The notes below the pieces were generated by a model that saw only the letters and a program-made list of their open reading frames with translations, had not been told where the DNA came from and searched no databases. This document shows positions 17,464-27,344 of a DNA stretch of 64,000 nt, piece by piece. The DNA is from Acidobacteriota bacterium (GTDB lineage: Bacteria > Acidobacteriota > UBA6911 > RPQK01 > JAJDTT01). The position numbers and the translations under genes are program-made. Within the stretch, counting starts at the first letter, position 1. Each line of letters opens with the position of its first letter. The stretch spans positions 3,264,001 through 3,328,000 of the forward strand of contig OZ253580.1 in NCBI GenBank assembly GCA_965263035.1, written 5' to 3'.

Positions 17464-18474
17464 TTACGGTTTCGTTGCTCGATAGCTCTCGAATTGAGCC
17501 GCCATCCGGGACCGGGAGAGGTGCCCGGAATGCACCAGTATCCGGTAGAGAAAGAGGGCCGATTCGCCCGGTTCGAGAGAGCTGTTCAGCGGTGGGGAAC
17601 CTTTCTGGAAATCCTTACGCCCGAAGGGGTTGGCGGAAAAGAGTCCGTAGCCCCGGGCGTGCCAGAAGGTGGGAAACTCGATACTGCCGGGGTGGTTCAT
17701 GATGGCCAGCGTCAGGTCCTCTCCCTGGACCGAGCCGCGTAGCGCCACCCAAGAAGACTTCTTGCCCCAGACGGCCTTCGACAGCTCCAACCCCTGGGCG
17801 TTCAGGTAACGGCCGGTCCGGTCTTCCCGCAGTTCGGGGGCGACGCGGATGGCCATCATCCCCTCCTTGGTATCGTTGAACGTCACCCTTTGTTCCTGCG
17901 CCGTCAGCGTGAATCTCAAGTCCAGGGTCCGCCACCCGGGGCCCGCCTCGATGGTCATCCGCGAGTCCTGTTTCAGCAGCACCTTACCGGAGGGCGCGAT
18001 CCAGTCCGACGTGGTTTCCATGACCCCCTTCTGTCCGTCTTCCGGCCGGGTGAAGCCGGTGTGCCGGATCCGGCCGCTGCCGGGTCTGTCTCGTCCACCG
18101 GGCAACTTGGACCAGAAATCCACGCCGTTGAGGTTCCCATAGGTGAATGAGATCCCCTCGTGGTGCCAATGGTCGTAATGCTCGTCGGGTATCCCGAATT
18201 CCATGGGGTACGCGCGCGTGAGCCGGTGGCCCTTGGGGCTGAGCAGGGGATGGAAGATTGGTTTGTGAACGCCGATTCCGTAGTGGTAGGAGGCGAACAG
18301 GCTCTTGCCGATGTAGATGTCCACGCGGGCCGCGTCGGTCTTGACCAGTCGGACCTGATGGTGGGACTCGGCGAAAACGGGCACGGTCTGAAAGAAGACC
18401 AGGAGGGCTGCGGCCGCGATGGCGGGGCGGCGGAGTGTCGAATCCATCGGGACCGGATTGGAAAGGAATTTCAT
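17464..18474 (-). CDS. Secreted DUF6807 ('PmoA family') protein; not particulate methane monooxygenase
   Basis: KPIFHPL, DHWHHEG, VDFW, DTKEG and WHARGYGLFSANPFG; signal peptide. Start is 18474 or 18447. Confidence 0.85.
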   Translation of the reverse strand: MKFLSNPVPMDSTLRRPAIAAAALLVFFQTVPVFAESHHQVRLVKTDAARVDIYIGKSLFASYHYGIGVHKPIFHPLLSPKGHRLTRAYPMEFGIPDEHYDHWHHEGISFTYGNLNGVDFWSKLPGGRDRPGSGRIRHTGFTRPEDGQKGVMETTSDWIAPSGKVLLKQDSRMTIEAGPGWRTLDLRFTLTAQEQRVTFNDTKEGMMAIRVAPELREDRTGRYLNAQGLELSKAVWGKKSSWVALRGSVQGEDLTLAIMNHPGSIEFPTFWHARGYGLFSANPFGRKDFQKGSPPLNSSLEPGESALFLYRILVHSGHLSRSRMAAQFESYRATKP

Positions 18475-18533
18475 GGGAAGTGCAGTGCCTCCTACGCCTG
18501 AGAACGGTGTCGCTGAAATCGGGAACATGATAG

Positions 18534-18677
18534 CAGTCCGTGGGAATGATCGTACCGGCAAAGGGGGAAATCCGATCCTGGAAGTCGCTCCGGGAACACG
18601 TTACCCTGCTCTGGCGCAACGCAGTCCGCCGGGATGCAGACCCGGTCGAATGCCGCGACGACTTTTGCCACGGGCTG
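18534..18677. mobile_element. Degenerate family A element retaining both ends
   Basis: ATAG|CAGTCCGTGG at the left and CGGTCGAATGCCG...GACTTTTGCCACGGGCTG|CCGG at the right; centre diverged. Confidence 0.75.
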
Positions 18678-18691
18678 CCGGGAGGTGACGT

Positions 18692-19543
18692 GTGATTTTT
18701 GACGTGCATACTCATGGCTGGAGATATCCGGACCATTTCTCGGATCGGTTCCGCCAACAGGCAATCCGAATGAGGGGCTACGAAATTCCCCTGGACAGCA
18801 CCCTGGAAGACTATCGAGCCCGTTGCCGGACGGTCCCGGATCGAGTCAAGACCGTCGTCTTCGGTGGTAAGGCCAAGCTGGCGGGCCTCTGGACTCCCGA
18901 TAAATTCATCGTCGAATATTGCTCGCAGGACCCCGACAATCTGATCCCGTTTCTCTCCCTTGATCCGACCCAACCGGGGTGGCAGGAGGAACTGGAGGAG
19001 GGCCACCAGGACCTGAAGATGAGAGGCATCAAGCTGATGCCCATGTATGCCGGATTCTATCCCCAGGCCCCGGAGCTGGATCACCTGTGGCAGTATGCCG
19101 TCCGCCACCAACTGCCGGTCCTGCTCCATACGGGGACCACTTTCGTGGACCGTGCCCCTCTGGACACCACGTTGCCCCGGCATCTGGATCCCGTCGCCAT
19201 CAAGCACCCGGAGTGCCGGATCATTCTGGCGCACCTGGGACATCCGTACGAGGGTGAAACGGTGGCGGTGATCCGGAAGCATCCTCATGTCTACTCGGAC
19301 GTGTCGGCCATCCACTACCGGCCCTTCCAGCTCTACCAGAGCCTGATGCTGGTCCAGGAATACGGTGTCTGGAACAAGCTCCTGTTCGGGACCGACTACC
19401 CCATCACCAACGTGGACGAGTCTCTGGCCGGGCTGCGATCCATCAACGACATGCTGGAAGGCACCGCCTTGCCGCGGTTGGATCCGGAACAGATGGAAGC
19501 GATGATCCATCGCGATGCCGGCCCCTTGCTGGGACTTGAGTAG
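18692..19543 (+). CDS. Amidohydrolase_2 family metal-dependent hydrolase
   Basis: DVHTH, GIKL, LLHTG, LAHLG and LLFGTDYP; GGAGG RBS. Confidence 0.92.
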   Translation: MIFDVHTHGWRYPDHFSDRFRQQAIRMRGYEIPLDSTLEDYRARCRTVPDRVKTVVFGGKAKLAGLWTPDKFIVEYCSQDPDNLIPFLSLDPTQPGWQEELEEGHQDLKMRGIKLMPMYAGFYPQAPELDHLWQYAVRHQLPVLLHTGTTFVDRAPLDTTLPRHLDPVAIKHPECRIILAHLGHPYEGETVAVIRKHPHVYSDVSAIHYRPFQLYQSLMLVQEYGVWNKLLFGTDYPITNVDESLAGLRSINDMLEGTALPRLDPEQMEAMIHRDAGPLLGLE

Positions 19544-19630
19544 GCATTCGGCGCCCTATTTGATTATTCCGATCGATTGGGTCAAGATAGTGTCGTTTCA
19601 TAAGCTGAAAAGACTTGGAGGAATCGGGCC

Positions 19631-21883
19631 ATGACTACCTGGAAGGAGCACTTGGGCACCGATATCCCGGACGAGCTCGGCCGCGAGATCGACATCTTCG
19701 AGATGCAGATGGAGCTGAGACGTCAGGGAAAGCTGGGTGAGAAGATCTTCGCCGAGACGCGCTTGCGGCGCGGCATCTACGGCCAGAGATACGACAACGG
19801 TTTCCGCCACGACGGGATCCGGTCGCAGCAGCTCCCCTATCCTTCCGGCGACGTCATCAAGGGGCCCGAGACCCTTTGGGACGCTCCCGGGATGATGCGA
19901 ATCAAGATCCCGTACGGGGGGGTCAATCCCCGCCAACTGGAGGTGTTGGCGGATATGGCCGAGGAGTATTCGGACGGAGTGCTCCACGTCACCACAAGAC
20001 AGGACTATCAACTTCATTTCGTCCACATCGACGACACTCCCAGCCTGATGCGGAGATTGGCCGCGGTGGGGATCACGACCCGGGAGGCCTGCGGGAACTC
20101 GGTCCGGAACGTGACGGCCTGTCCTCTGGCCGGCGTCTGCCATACCGAGTCCTTCGACGTCAGTCCTTATGCCAAGGCCTGCAGCGCCTTCCTTCTGGGG
20201 CACCCCGATGTCCAGGACTTCGGCCGCAAGTTCAAGATCTCATTCTCGGGATGCCGCGAGGAAGCCTGCGGGCTGGCCAGCATGCATGACATGGGGGCAA
20301 TCGCGGTGGTGCGGCGAGAAGGCGACCGGATCAAACGCGGATTCGAACTGTACGTCGGGGGAGGTCTGGGAGCCGTGCCACACCAGGCCAAGCTCTTCGA
20401 TCCCTTTCTTCCTGAAGCAGAGCTGCTGCCCACGGCGCAGGCCATGTCCAGGGTGTTCGCCCGCTTGGGAGAGAAGAAGAACCGGGCGCGGGCCCGCATC
20501 AAATTCCTGGTGGCCAAGCTGGGAATAGACGAGTTTCGCAAGGAGGTTCTGAAGGAGCGCGAGATCATGGCTCCGGACGAGCGATGGACCGCGTATCTGC
20601 CCCAGGTTCCGGAATTTCAGGAAACCGCGGTCCGGCCCCCGGCGGTATTGAACGGACATCAGCCGCCTCCGGGCTTCGAGCACTGGGTCCGGACCAACGT
20701 CTACCGCCAGAGGCAGACGGGCTACGCCGTCGCCACCGCGACTCTCCCCTTGGGAGACTTGTCGTCGTGGCAGGCCCGAGAGCTGGCAGTGGTCGCCCGC
20801 CGTTTCTCCGGCGAGAACATCCGGACCACCGTGGAGCAGAACATGGTGCTGCGTTGGGTCAGCGAAGCGGACCTGCCGGAACTCTACGCTGAGTTGGAGA
20901 AGATCGGTCTGGGCGCCCATGGCGCCGGTACGATCGTGGACGTGACGGCCTGTCCCGGCACCGACACCTGCAAGTTGGGAATCGCCTCCTCGCGAGGACT
21001 GGCTGCCGAGTTCCGGAGGAGGCTCGGCGCCAAGTTCTTCCAGCTGGATGATTCGATCAAGAACCTGCGGATCAAGATCAGCGGCTGCTTCAACTCCTGC
21101 GGTCAGCACCACGTCGCGGACATCGGATTCTACGGAACCAGCCGCACCATCAAGGGCCACAAGGTGCCTCACTTCCAGGTGGTGCTGGGAGGCCAGTGGT
21201 CCGAGAACGCCGCCTCCTACGGACTGGCTATGGGCTCGGCGCCGGCCCGGAACGTGCCCGAGGTTCTGGAGCGTATCACCGGCCGATACCTGGAGTATCG
21301 GAGCAATGGCGAGAGCTTTCAGGAATTCGTCCGGGGCGTCGGCAAGAAGGACCTTCGAGCCATGCTGCAGGACCTGTTGCAGGTTCCGGCCTATGAGGTC
21401 GACTCCTCCTTCTACAGCGATTGGGGCGATCCCAGGGAATTCTCCATGGGGGATCTGGGGACGGGAGAATGCGCTGGAGAGGTGGTCACCTTGACCCAGT
21501 TCAATCTCGCATCTGCCGAGCAGCTGGTCTTCGAAGCCCAACTCAGGCTGGACGACATGGACTTTGCCGGCGCCGACTCGTTGAGCTACCGAGCCATGGT
21601 GGAGGCCGCCAGAGCCCTGGTCAAGACTGAAATTCTGGACGTTCCGGGCGCTCCGGACACTGTCGTGTCGGAGTTTCGGCGCCGCTTCTACGACACCGGG
21701 CTGTTTTCCGACAAGTACGCCGGCGGCAAGTTCGCCAACTACCTTTTCCGCCGTCACCAGTCGCCTCCGGAGAGCCCCAGCAGGGACACGGCCCATCAGG
21801 TGGTGGAGGAGAGCCAGCTCTTCATCGAAGCGGCTCATGCCTGTTACGAGCGCATGGCCCGGGAAATCTCGGGAGTCCATTAG
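19631..21883 (+). CDS. Siroheme/4Fe-4S nitrite/sulfite reductase with C-terminal helical extension
   Basis: TTRQDYQLH, RKFKISFSGC, CPGTDTC and SGCFNSCGQH ligand motifs, plus about 130 extra C-terminal residues. Confidence 0.92.
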   Translation: MTTWKEHLGTDIPDELGREIDIFEMQMELRRQGKLGEKIFAETRLRRGIYGQRYDNGFRHDGIRSQQLPYPSGDVIKGPETLWDAPGMMRIKIPYGGVNPRQLEVLADMAEEYSDGVLHVTTRQDYQLHFVHIDDTPSLMRRLAAVGITTREACGNSVRNVTACPLAGVCHTESFDVSPYAKACSAFLLGHPDVQDFGRKFKISFSGCREEACGLASMHDMGAIAVVRREGDRIKRGFELYVGGGLGAVPHQAKLFDPFLPEAELLPTAQAMSRVFARLGEKKNRARARIKFLVAKLGIDEFRKEVLKEREIMAPDERWTAYLPQVPEFQETAVRPPAVLNGHQPPPGFEHWVRTNVYRQRQTGYAVATATLPLGDLSSWQARELAVVARRFSGENIRTTVEQNMVLRWVSEADLPELYAELEKIGLGAHGAGTIVDVTACPGTDTCKLGIASSRGLAAEFRRRLGAKFFQLDDSIKNLRIKISGCFNSCGQHHVADIGFYGTSRTIKGHKVPHFQVVLGGQWSENAASYGLAMGSAPARNVPEVLERITGRYLEYRSNGESFQEFVRGVGKKDLRAMLQDLLQVPAYEVDSSFYSDWGDPREFSMGDLGTGECAGEVVTLTQFNLASAEQLVFEAQLRLDDMDFAGADSLSYRAMVEAARALVKTEILDVPGAPDTVVSEFRRRFYDTGLFSDKYAGGKFANYLFRRHQSPPESPSRDTAHQVVEESQLFIEAAHACYERMAREISGVH

Positions 21884-21891
21884 GCAAGCGT

Positions 21892-22473
21892 ATGGGCGGC
21901 TGGCAGAAACTGGGACTCAAGATCTTTGTGGAGGAGCCCCTCCGGGCCGAAACGGAGGAATTCATCCCCGTCTTCCATTCCTGGATCCAGAACCGAGCCG
22001 CGGATGGACACCTGCTCATCGACGTCCACGATTACAGTCACGTCCACCGGGGGGCCGGCATACTGCTGGTCGCTCACGAGGGAAACTTCAGCTTGGACCA
22101 GAGCGAAGACCGGCCCGGACTCCTCTATTGCCGCAAGCAAAATCTGGACGGGACCCGGGAGCAGTGTATCCGGGAGGTCTTCAAGCACACGCTCCTGGCC
22201 TGCAGCCGACTGGAATCCGATCCCGTTCTGGGCGGCAGAGTGCGCTTCCATACCCGGGAGATGTTGCTGGTGGCGAACGATCGGCTCCATACCCCCAACA
22301 GTGCGGAGACCTTCGAACAGCTGCAGCCCGTCTTAACGCAGACACTGTCCGGGTTGTTGGGTCGAGGCGTCTTCAGTCTCGACCGCGTCGAAGACCCCCG
22401 GGAGCGTTTCTCAGTCTGGATCCGCTCCCGGCGCTCCTTCCGTCCCGGATACCTGTTGCGGCGTCTGAATTGA
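21892..22473 (+). CDS. Hypothetical protein, operonic with the reductase
   Basis: Starts 8 nt after the reductase stop; motif LIDVHDYSHV...GILLVAHEG. Confidence 0.8.
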   Translation: MGGWQKLGLKIFVEEPLRAETEEFIPVFHSWIQNRAADGHLLIDVHDYSHVHRGAGILLVAHEGNFSLDQSEDRPGLLYCRKQNLDGTREQCIREVFKHTLLACSRLESDPVLGGRVRFHTREMLLVANDRLHTPNSAETFEQLQPVLTQTLSGLLGRGVFSLDRVEDPRERFSVWIRSRRSFRPGYLLRRLN

Positions 22474-22510
22474 CCAGAGAGAGTTCCCCCGACAATACGT
22501 CAGGAGTTCG

Positions 22511-23809
22511 ATGAGAGAGAATCTGCCCCGATCCGAGAGCCGCAAATCGCCGAGAAGAACCTTTTTGAAATCCGCGTCGCTGGCAGCAGCGGCCGGAACA
22601 ACCTGGATGGGAAACATGGGACTAGCCGTCGCTACCACCAGTCAAGCCACACTTCCGCAATGGGTGAGCCGGGTTCGCAGGGAAATTCCGGCCACCGCGG
22701 AATCCGCCTATTTTCTGACCGGGGGGATCGGCCCCTCTCCCACGCCCGTGATCGAACGGGTCAAGGAGCTTCTGGACCTGCAGAATCGTGGACCTGGAGA
22801 CCCTCGGATCAACCCCCGTATCGCCGTCGTGGAAGATGAGTGCCGGGCCTTGGTCGCAGCCGCCTTGGGTGCCGATGAAGAAGAAGTGACCCTGACCCAC
22901 AACACCACCGAGGGTCTCAACATCGTCATCTGGTCCATCGACTGGAAGGCGGGGGACGAGATCCTCATCAGCAATCATGAGCACCCCGCCCTGCTGCAGC
23001 CGTCCTACAACCTCCACGAGCGTTTCGGCGTCGTCTATCGACGGGCTCCCATGGACGTGGGTGAGGACGTTCTCGGCAGCGTTCTGAGCCAGATTTCTCC
23101 CCGGACGCGACTGGTGGCCATGAGCCACGTTTCCCGCCGCAACGGCCGAATTCTCCCGGCCCGGCAGCTGGCTCGAGAGCTGCACCAGCGCAACGTGCGG
23201 CTGTTGCTGGACGGCGCCCAGGCCGCCGGAAACATCCCGCTCGACTTCCACGGCCTGGGGTGCGACTACTACTCGTTCTGCGGCCACAAGTGGCTGCTGG
23301 GCCCCAAGGGGACCGGGGGACTCCTGACCCGCAAGGAGATCCTGAACTCGACCCCGGTCTCGTGGACCGGAGCCCACAGCCAGGTCACCATCGAGGACGA
23401 CGGCCGGTACGAGTGGCATCCGGACGGCCGCCGGTACGAGTTCGGGACCCGGGCTCTGCCCATCTTCGGAGGATTTGCCGAGACCCTGCGCTGGCTCGAA
23501 GGCGTGGGCTGGGATCGAATCCACCGCCGGACCGCGGACCTTTCAAAACGGTTCTCGGAATGGGTCCGGGATTCGCGACTCTTCCAGCTCATCTCTCCCC
23601 TTGAAGACGGGAGCCGGAGCGGAGTGGTGAGTCTGAGGCTGCCCGAAGGTTTTCTGGGGATGGACTTCTACCAGCGTCTGGCCGAAAAGGACGGGATTGT
23701 GGTCGCGCCCTTGGAACACCCCCGCGATATCCGCGTCTGCGTCCACTTCTTCAACACCTGGGAGGAGATCGAAAGGCTGGGCGCCAAGTTGAACGAGTAC
23801 TGCGCCTGA
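22511..23809 (+). CDS. Class V PLP aminotransferase / C-S lyase-like enzyme with Tat signal
   Basis: RRTFLK, NTTEG, EHP, DGAQAAG, GHKWLLGPKGTG and RYEFGT. Confidence 0.9.
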   Translation: MRENLPRSESRKSPRRTFLKSASLAAAAGTTWMGNMGLAVATTSQATLPQWVSRVRREIPATAESAYFLTGGIGPSPTPVIERVKELLDLQNRGPGDPRINPRIAVVEDECRALVAAALGADEEEVTLTHNTTEGLNIVIWSIDWKAGDEILISNHEHPALLQPSYNLHERFGVVYRRAPMDVGEDVLGSVLSQISPRTRLVAMSHVSRRNGRILPARQLARELHQRNVRLLLDGAQAAGNIPLDFHGLGCDYYSFCGHKWLLGPKGTGGLLTRKEILNSTPVSWTGAHSQVTIEDDGRYEWHPDGRRYEFGTRALPIFGGFAETLRWLEGVGWDRIHRRTADLSKRFSEWVRDSRLFQLISPLEDGSRSGVVSLRLPEGFLGMDFYQRLAEKDGIVVAPLEHPRDIRVCVHFFNTWEEIERLGAKLNEYCA

Positions 23810-23833
23810 AAATCGCGGCGGACTCCGCCTCAG

Positions 23834-24898
23834 CTACGAACGGTCGGGCTGCGGACTCATCCGCCAGAAGATCCCAAGCAGGTCGGCCTCGCGCCGCGGG
23901 GTGCTTCGATCCTCCCAGTGGTAGAACGTGAGGAACTTTCCCGGCTCCATTTCCAGGGTCTGAGACAGCCCCACGTCGGTCGCAGGCGCGTCGTCGGCCA
24001 AGGCCGCCGGCGGCCCCCAGTTCTTTCCCTGGTCGCGGCTGGTCCGGATGGCGACACCGTAGGGCTTGTGCCTCACGCTGTAGGTCATGACCAGCTCACC
24101 CCACGAGGACTCCAGTAGAAATCCCTGCATCTCGGCGGCATCCGTCACCTGCCGGGGCCGGGACCAGATCCTCCCCTCGTCTCGGGACTCACTCACCAGA
24201 GTTCGGGCCAGCGGCCGCTTGAGCGACTCCTCATAGGTCATGGCCTCTTCCAGTTCGGCGCTGCGAAGCGACGCCAGGAGCACACCGGAGGAGAGGCGCA
24301 GGAGATGGGGCTGGGTCGTGAAACGGCAGATCAGGCCTCCGTACTCCCATCGACTTCCGTCCCGGGAGCGGAAGAAGAGGGTGAAGTCGCCCTTTCGTTC
24401 CCGCGGTTTGTCCCCGTGTTCGTAAATCGGGTAGTAGCCCCCGTAGGCGGTAAGCAGGAGTTCGCCGCCCGGAAGCGCAGTCACACCCCCGAAAGGGTAG
24501 ACGTAGTCGAATGGTCCCGGGCTCAACTCGAAGGGATCGTCCCAGCTCCTGCCCGCATCGTCGGAGGTCGTGAGCATGCTCTTGCAGGTGCCGTTGGACC
24601 GCCGGGTGAACCCGAGCAGGATGCCGCCCCCCGGGAGACGGCTCATCATCTGCACCCGCTCGTCGTACCGGGAATCGATGAGGATGCGAGGCTCGGCCCA
24701 GGTCCGGCCTCCATCGTGGGACTCCACCAGGGACACGGAGCTGTTATCGGCGACTCCGGTCAAGCCGGTTCGGGCGGCCACCAGGAGATGATCGTCTCCC
24801 AATCGGACCACCTTGGGCGCGTGTCCTCCCGGACACACCAGCACGCGGCCGCCGGTTTCGATTCGAGGTGCTCCTGCCGCTTCTGAGGAATAGTTCAT
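23834..24898 (-). CDS. BNR/Asp-box sialidase-family beta-propeller protein
   Basis: Five SxDxGxxW-like Asp-boxes. Confidence 0.85.
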   Translation of the reverse strand: MNYSSEAAGAPRIETGGRVLVCPGGHAPKVVRLGDDHLLVAARTGLTGVADNSSVSLVESHDGGRTWAEPRILIDSRYDERVQMMSRLPGGGILLGFTRRSNGTCKSMLTTSDDAGRSWDDPFELSPGPFDYVYPFGGVTALPGGELLLTAYGGYYPIYEHGDKPRERKGDFTLFFRSRDGSRWEYGGLICRFTTQPHLLRLSSGVLLASLRSAELEEAMTYEESLKRPLARTLVSESRDEGRIWSRPRQVTDAAEMQGFLLESSWGELVMTYSVRHKPYGVAIRTSRDQGKNWGPPAALADDAPATDVGLSQTLEMEPGKFLTFYHWEDRSTPRREADLLGIFWRMSPQPDRS

Positions 24899-24928
24899 CG
24901 GTTACTCCGTAACTTCGACCGAGAGGAA

Positions 24929-25813
24929 TCAATGAAGTGGGACGGATCTGCGGACCACCCGGTCCCCTTCCTTGGCGAGGGTCCGAATCTCGGAAATGCC
25001 ATTGTCCAACAGGTAGAAACGGGCCTCCTCGATTCCGGCGCCCACCTGGTCGGGGCCGTGGCTGTCGTCGCCGAAACAGACACCGATGCCCATTTCATGC
25101 GCCTGCCGCAACAGCCAGGGTTCCGGGTAGGGACAGCCCAGGTTCTTGCGGTATCCGGCCGTGTTGAGATCCAGGATGCTCTCGTGGCGGCGGATCACCT
25201 CCAGGGCCTCCCGTGCCGACCGCCTGATGGCCGGCGTGTCCAACGGTCCGTAGTGCCGTCCGTTCTTGCGAACCAGATCCAGATGTCCCACCACCTCGGG
25301 CCGGAGTGCTTCGACCATGCGAGCTACGGCCTCGTAGTAGCGGGTCGCCAGGGCTTCCAGGCCGCCGGCCCAGTTCAGGGCGCGTTCGAAGTCTTCGGGC
25401 TCGCTGTCGATGATGATTTCCCCCACGAAGTGGACGGAGCCCACGATGTAGTCGAAACCCATGTCCGACCGGTAACGGCGCATGACGTCGGCATAGGTCG
25501 AACTGGGGACGACCTCGGCTTCAAAACCCTTCAAGACCTGCAAATGGGGACTGAATTCGCGAACCAGGGGGTCCAGCGCCGAGCGGTAGGCACGAAAGTC
25601 CCGCTCCAGCTTGGATACGTCCCAACCCAGCTCGATCTCGCGGGCATAGAGGAAGCGTTCTCCCAGCCTCGGAGCGTGTTCCGTGATCCCGAAAACGGAC
25701 ATCTTCTGCGCCACCGCAGCTTCCAGAATCTGCTGGAGAGTTCCTTCGGCGTGATCGCAGAAGGCGCCGCTGTGTCCACCGTGAAGAGAAACCTTCCAGG
25801 GAACCGGTACCAT
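24929..25813 (-). CDS. hisJ: Histidinol-phosphatase, PHP (HisJ/HisK) family
   Basis: HSGAFCDHA, ITEHAP, DYIVGSVH, GHLDLV, NTAG and GDDSH. Confidence 0.88.
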   Translation of the reverse strand: MVPVPWKVSLHGGHSGAFCDHAEGTLQQILEAAVAQKMSVFGITEHAPRLGERFLYAREIELGWDVSKLERDFRAYRSALDPLVREFSPHLQVLKGFEAEVVPSSTYADVMRRYRSDMGFDYIVGSVHFVGEIIIDSEPEDFERALNWAGGLEALATRYYEAVARMVEALRPEVVGHLDLVRKNGRHYGPLDTPAIRRSAREALEVIRRHESILDLNTAGYRKNLGCPYPEPWLLRQAHEMGIGVCFGDDSHGPDQVGAGIEEARFYLLDNGISEIRTLAKEGDRVVRRSVPLH

Positions 25814-25960
25814 TCCACAATCCTACCAGCAAGAACGCGAAATTCGGTACGGAGGAGATCTCGAAAGGAAAACCCGGCGGCGGGGAAGGGGTTCAAGGCC
25901 GGGTCTTGGAAGTCAGGCTGTCCTACCCGCGAGTCGGGCCGCTAAAGTGGCCGGGTGGTC

Positions 25961-26713
25961 CTATTTTCTGGGAAGGACCAGGACGGTAGTTTCCCCGTTA
26001 CCACGGTATTCGAGCCGGTGCTCCGCCTTCTCGCGGTACTCTCCGACTGCGAAGTAGAGGTGGCCGGCGACCGGCGAACCGCTGAATCCCTGGGGAAAAC
26101 TCTTGTCCTGCAACTCGGTCTCCATGACGTGCCGGTCCTGGTCGCTGGAGGGCTGGGGCTGACGATCGAGGACGACGCCGACTCCCACGACGGTCCGGAG
26201 ACCACCGTAGCCGTAATCCCGGTCGCGATTGCGGCGATCCCAGTCGGGATCTTCGACATCACGGCGATCACTGCGCCTGGGAAGACGCCGTGAATCAGGA
26301 TAGTGGCCTCGACCCGATTCGTATTCGATGTTGCCGTACGGGACGATGCCGACCCGCCTGCGCGGCTTGGCCGTCAGCTGCTGGCCGATCGCGATTTGGC
26401 TCGCTTCCTGGGGACGGAACGACCTGTCGAAACCGTCAATCCGGAGTACGAAGTCCCTGTTGTCCACCTCGATATCGTTGCTGCCGGGGTACATTGCCAC
26501 TTCCACGACGACGTACTTTCCCTTCAGGGGAGTGACGAAGTTTTGCAGCACCTCCTTCTCGCTGAGCAACCGGGCGCCCAGACTGTAGCCGTCCTTCTCG
26601 ATGGAGACGGGATACTTCCTGACATTGCTCAGAGGAGGGGTGCCATCCGAGTTGGCCAAGACGAAGATTCCGGAGAGCAGTGGGATGGAAAGGGTCTGAA
26701 TCAACTTTTTCAT
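25961..26713 (-). CDS. Secreted hypothetical protein
   Basis: AGGAG RBS overlapping the upstream stop, signal peptide, Arg/Asp-rich insert. Confidence 0.75.
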   Translation of the reverse strand: MKKLIQTLSIPLLSGIFVLANSDGTPPLSNVRKYPVSIEKDGYSLGARLLSEKEVLQNFVTPLKGKYVVVEVAMYPGSNDIEVDNRDFVLRIDGFDRSFRPQEASQIAIGQQLTAKPRRRVGIVPYGNIEYESGRGHYPDSRRLPRRSDRRDVEDPDWDRRNRDRDYGYGGLRTVVGVGVVLDRQPQPSSDQDRHVMETELQDKSFPQGFSGSPVAGHLYFAVGEYREKAEHRLEYRGNGETTVLVLPRK

Positions 26714-26716
26714 AGT

Positions 26717-27247
26717 CTACTCCTGGGATCTCTTCTGGAATTTGGGTTCGATCCTTACAGTCTTCCCCGTCAGTACGTAGACCCGAATCTCGAAGGGCTC
26801 GTGCCGTTCGGGTTCCACCTTCAACTGGTACACACCCGGTTCCAGCCAGATTTCCTTGAGATCTTTGGCCAGACCGGCGAAGGCGCCGTCCAGGTAGACG
26901 CTCGCCTTCTTGTATTTCGTCTTCAACTTGATACGGCCTCCCCTGGCGGTTCGTCCGTAACCCGCAAAGTAAGCGGGATGGTAGAAATCGGGATAGGCCC
27001 AGGCGCCGGTCAAATGGTGGAACGGGTACCTGCCCCAGTAATACGAGTAGGGACGGAAATGACCGAACGGCGGGTAGTAGCGGAACCGGCTGGAGCTGTA
27101 TCCGACTCCCAGGGAGAAACCGTGCAGGTTGAAGAGTCCGGTCTTTTCGACGGTCACTTCCTGTTTAGCGTCCCTGGGATCGGCCTTCTTCTCGGCGGCC
27201 AAGGGTTGGAGGAGAAAGAGGGAAATAAGGAATAGTCTAGTTAACAT
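26717..27247 (-). CDS. Secreted PEGA-domain protein
   Basis: Signal peptide, Tyr-rich segment and ASVYLDGAFAG...LEPGVYQLKVE. Confidence 0.8.
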   Translation of the reverse strand: MLTRLFLISLFLLQPLAAEKKADPRDAKQEVTVEKTGLFNLHGFSLGVGYSSSRFRYYPPFGHFRPYSYYWGRYPFHHLTGAWAYPDFYHPAYFAGYGRTARGGRIKLKTKYKKASVYLDGAFAGLAKDLKEIWLEPGVYQLKVEPERHEPFEIRVYVLTGKTVRIEPKFQKRSQE

Positions 27248-27344
27248 GATCGAGTTTCCCACCAGTGTATACCTTTTGGTTCCAATATATTAGACCGCCA
27301 CCGGATCCTAATGGTTCATTGCCCCCGAACAATTTGTGATCCGT

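Noticed and set aside
17464-18474. Methane monooxygenase (from the 'PmoA' family name)
   Set aside because: Soluble secreted DUF6807-type protein with no multi-TM profile and no pmoB/pmoC.
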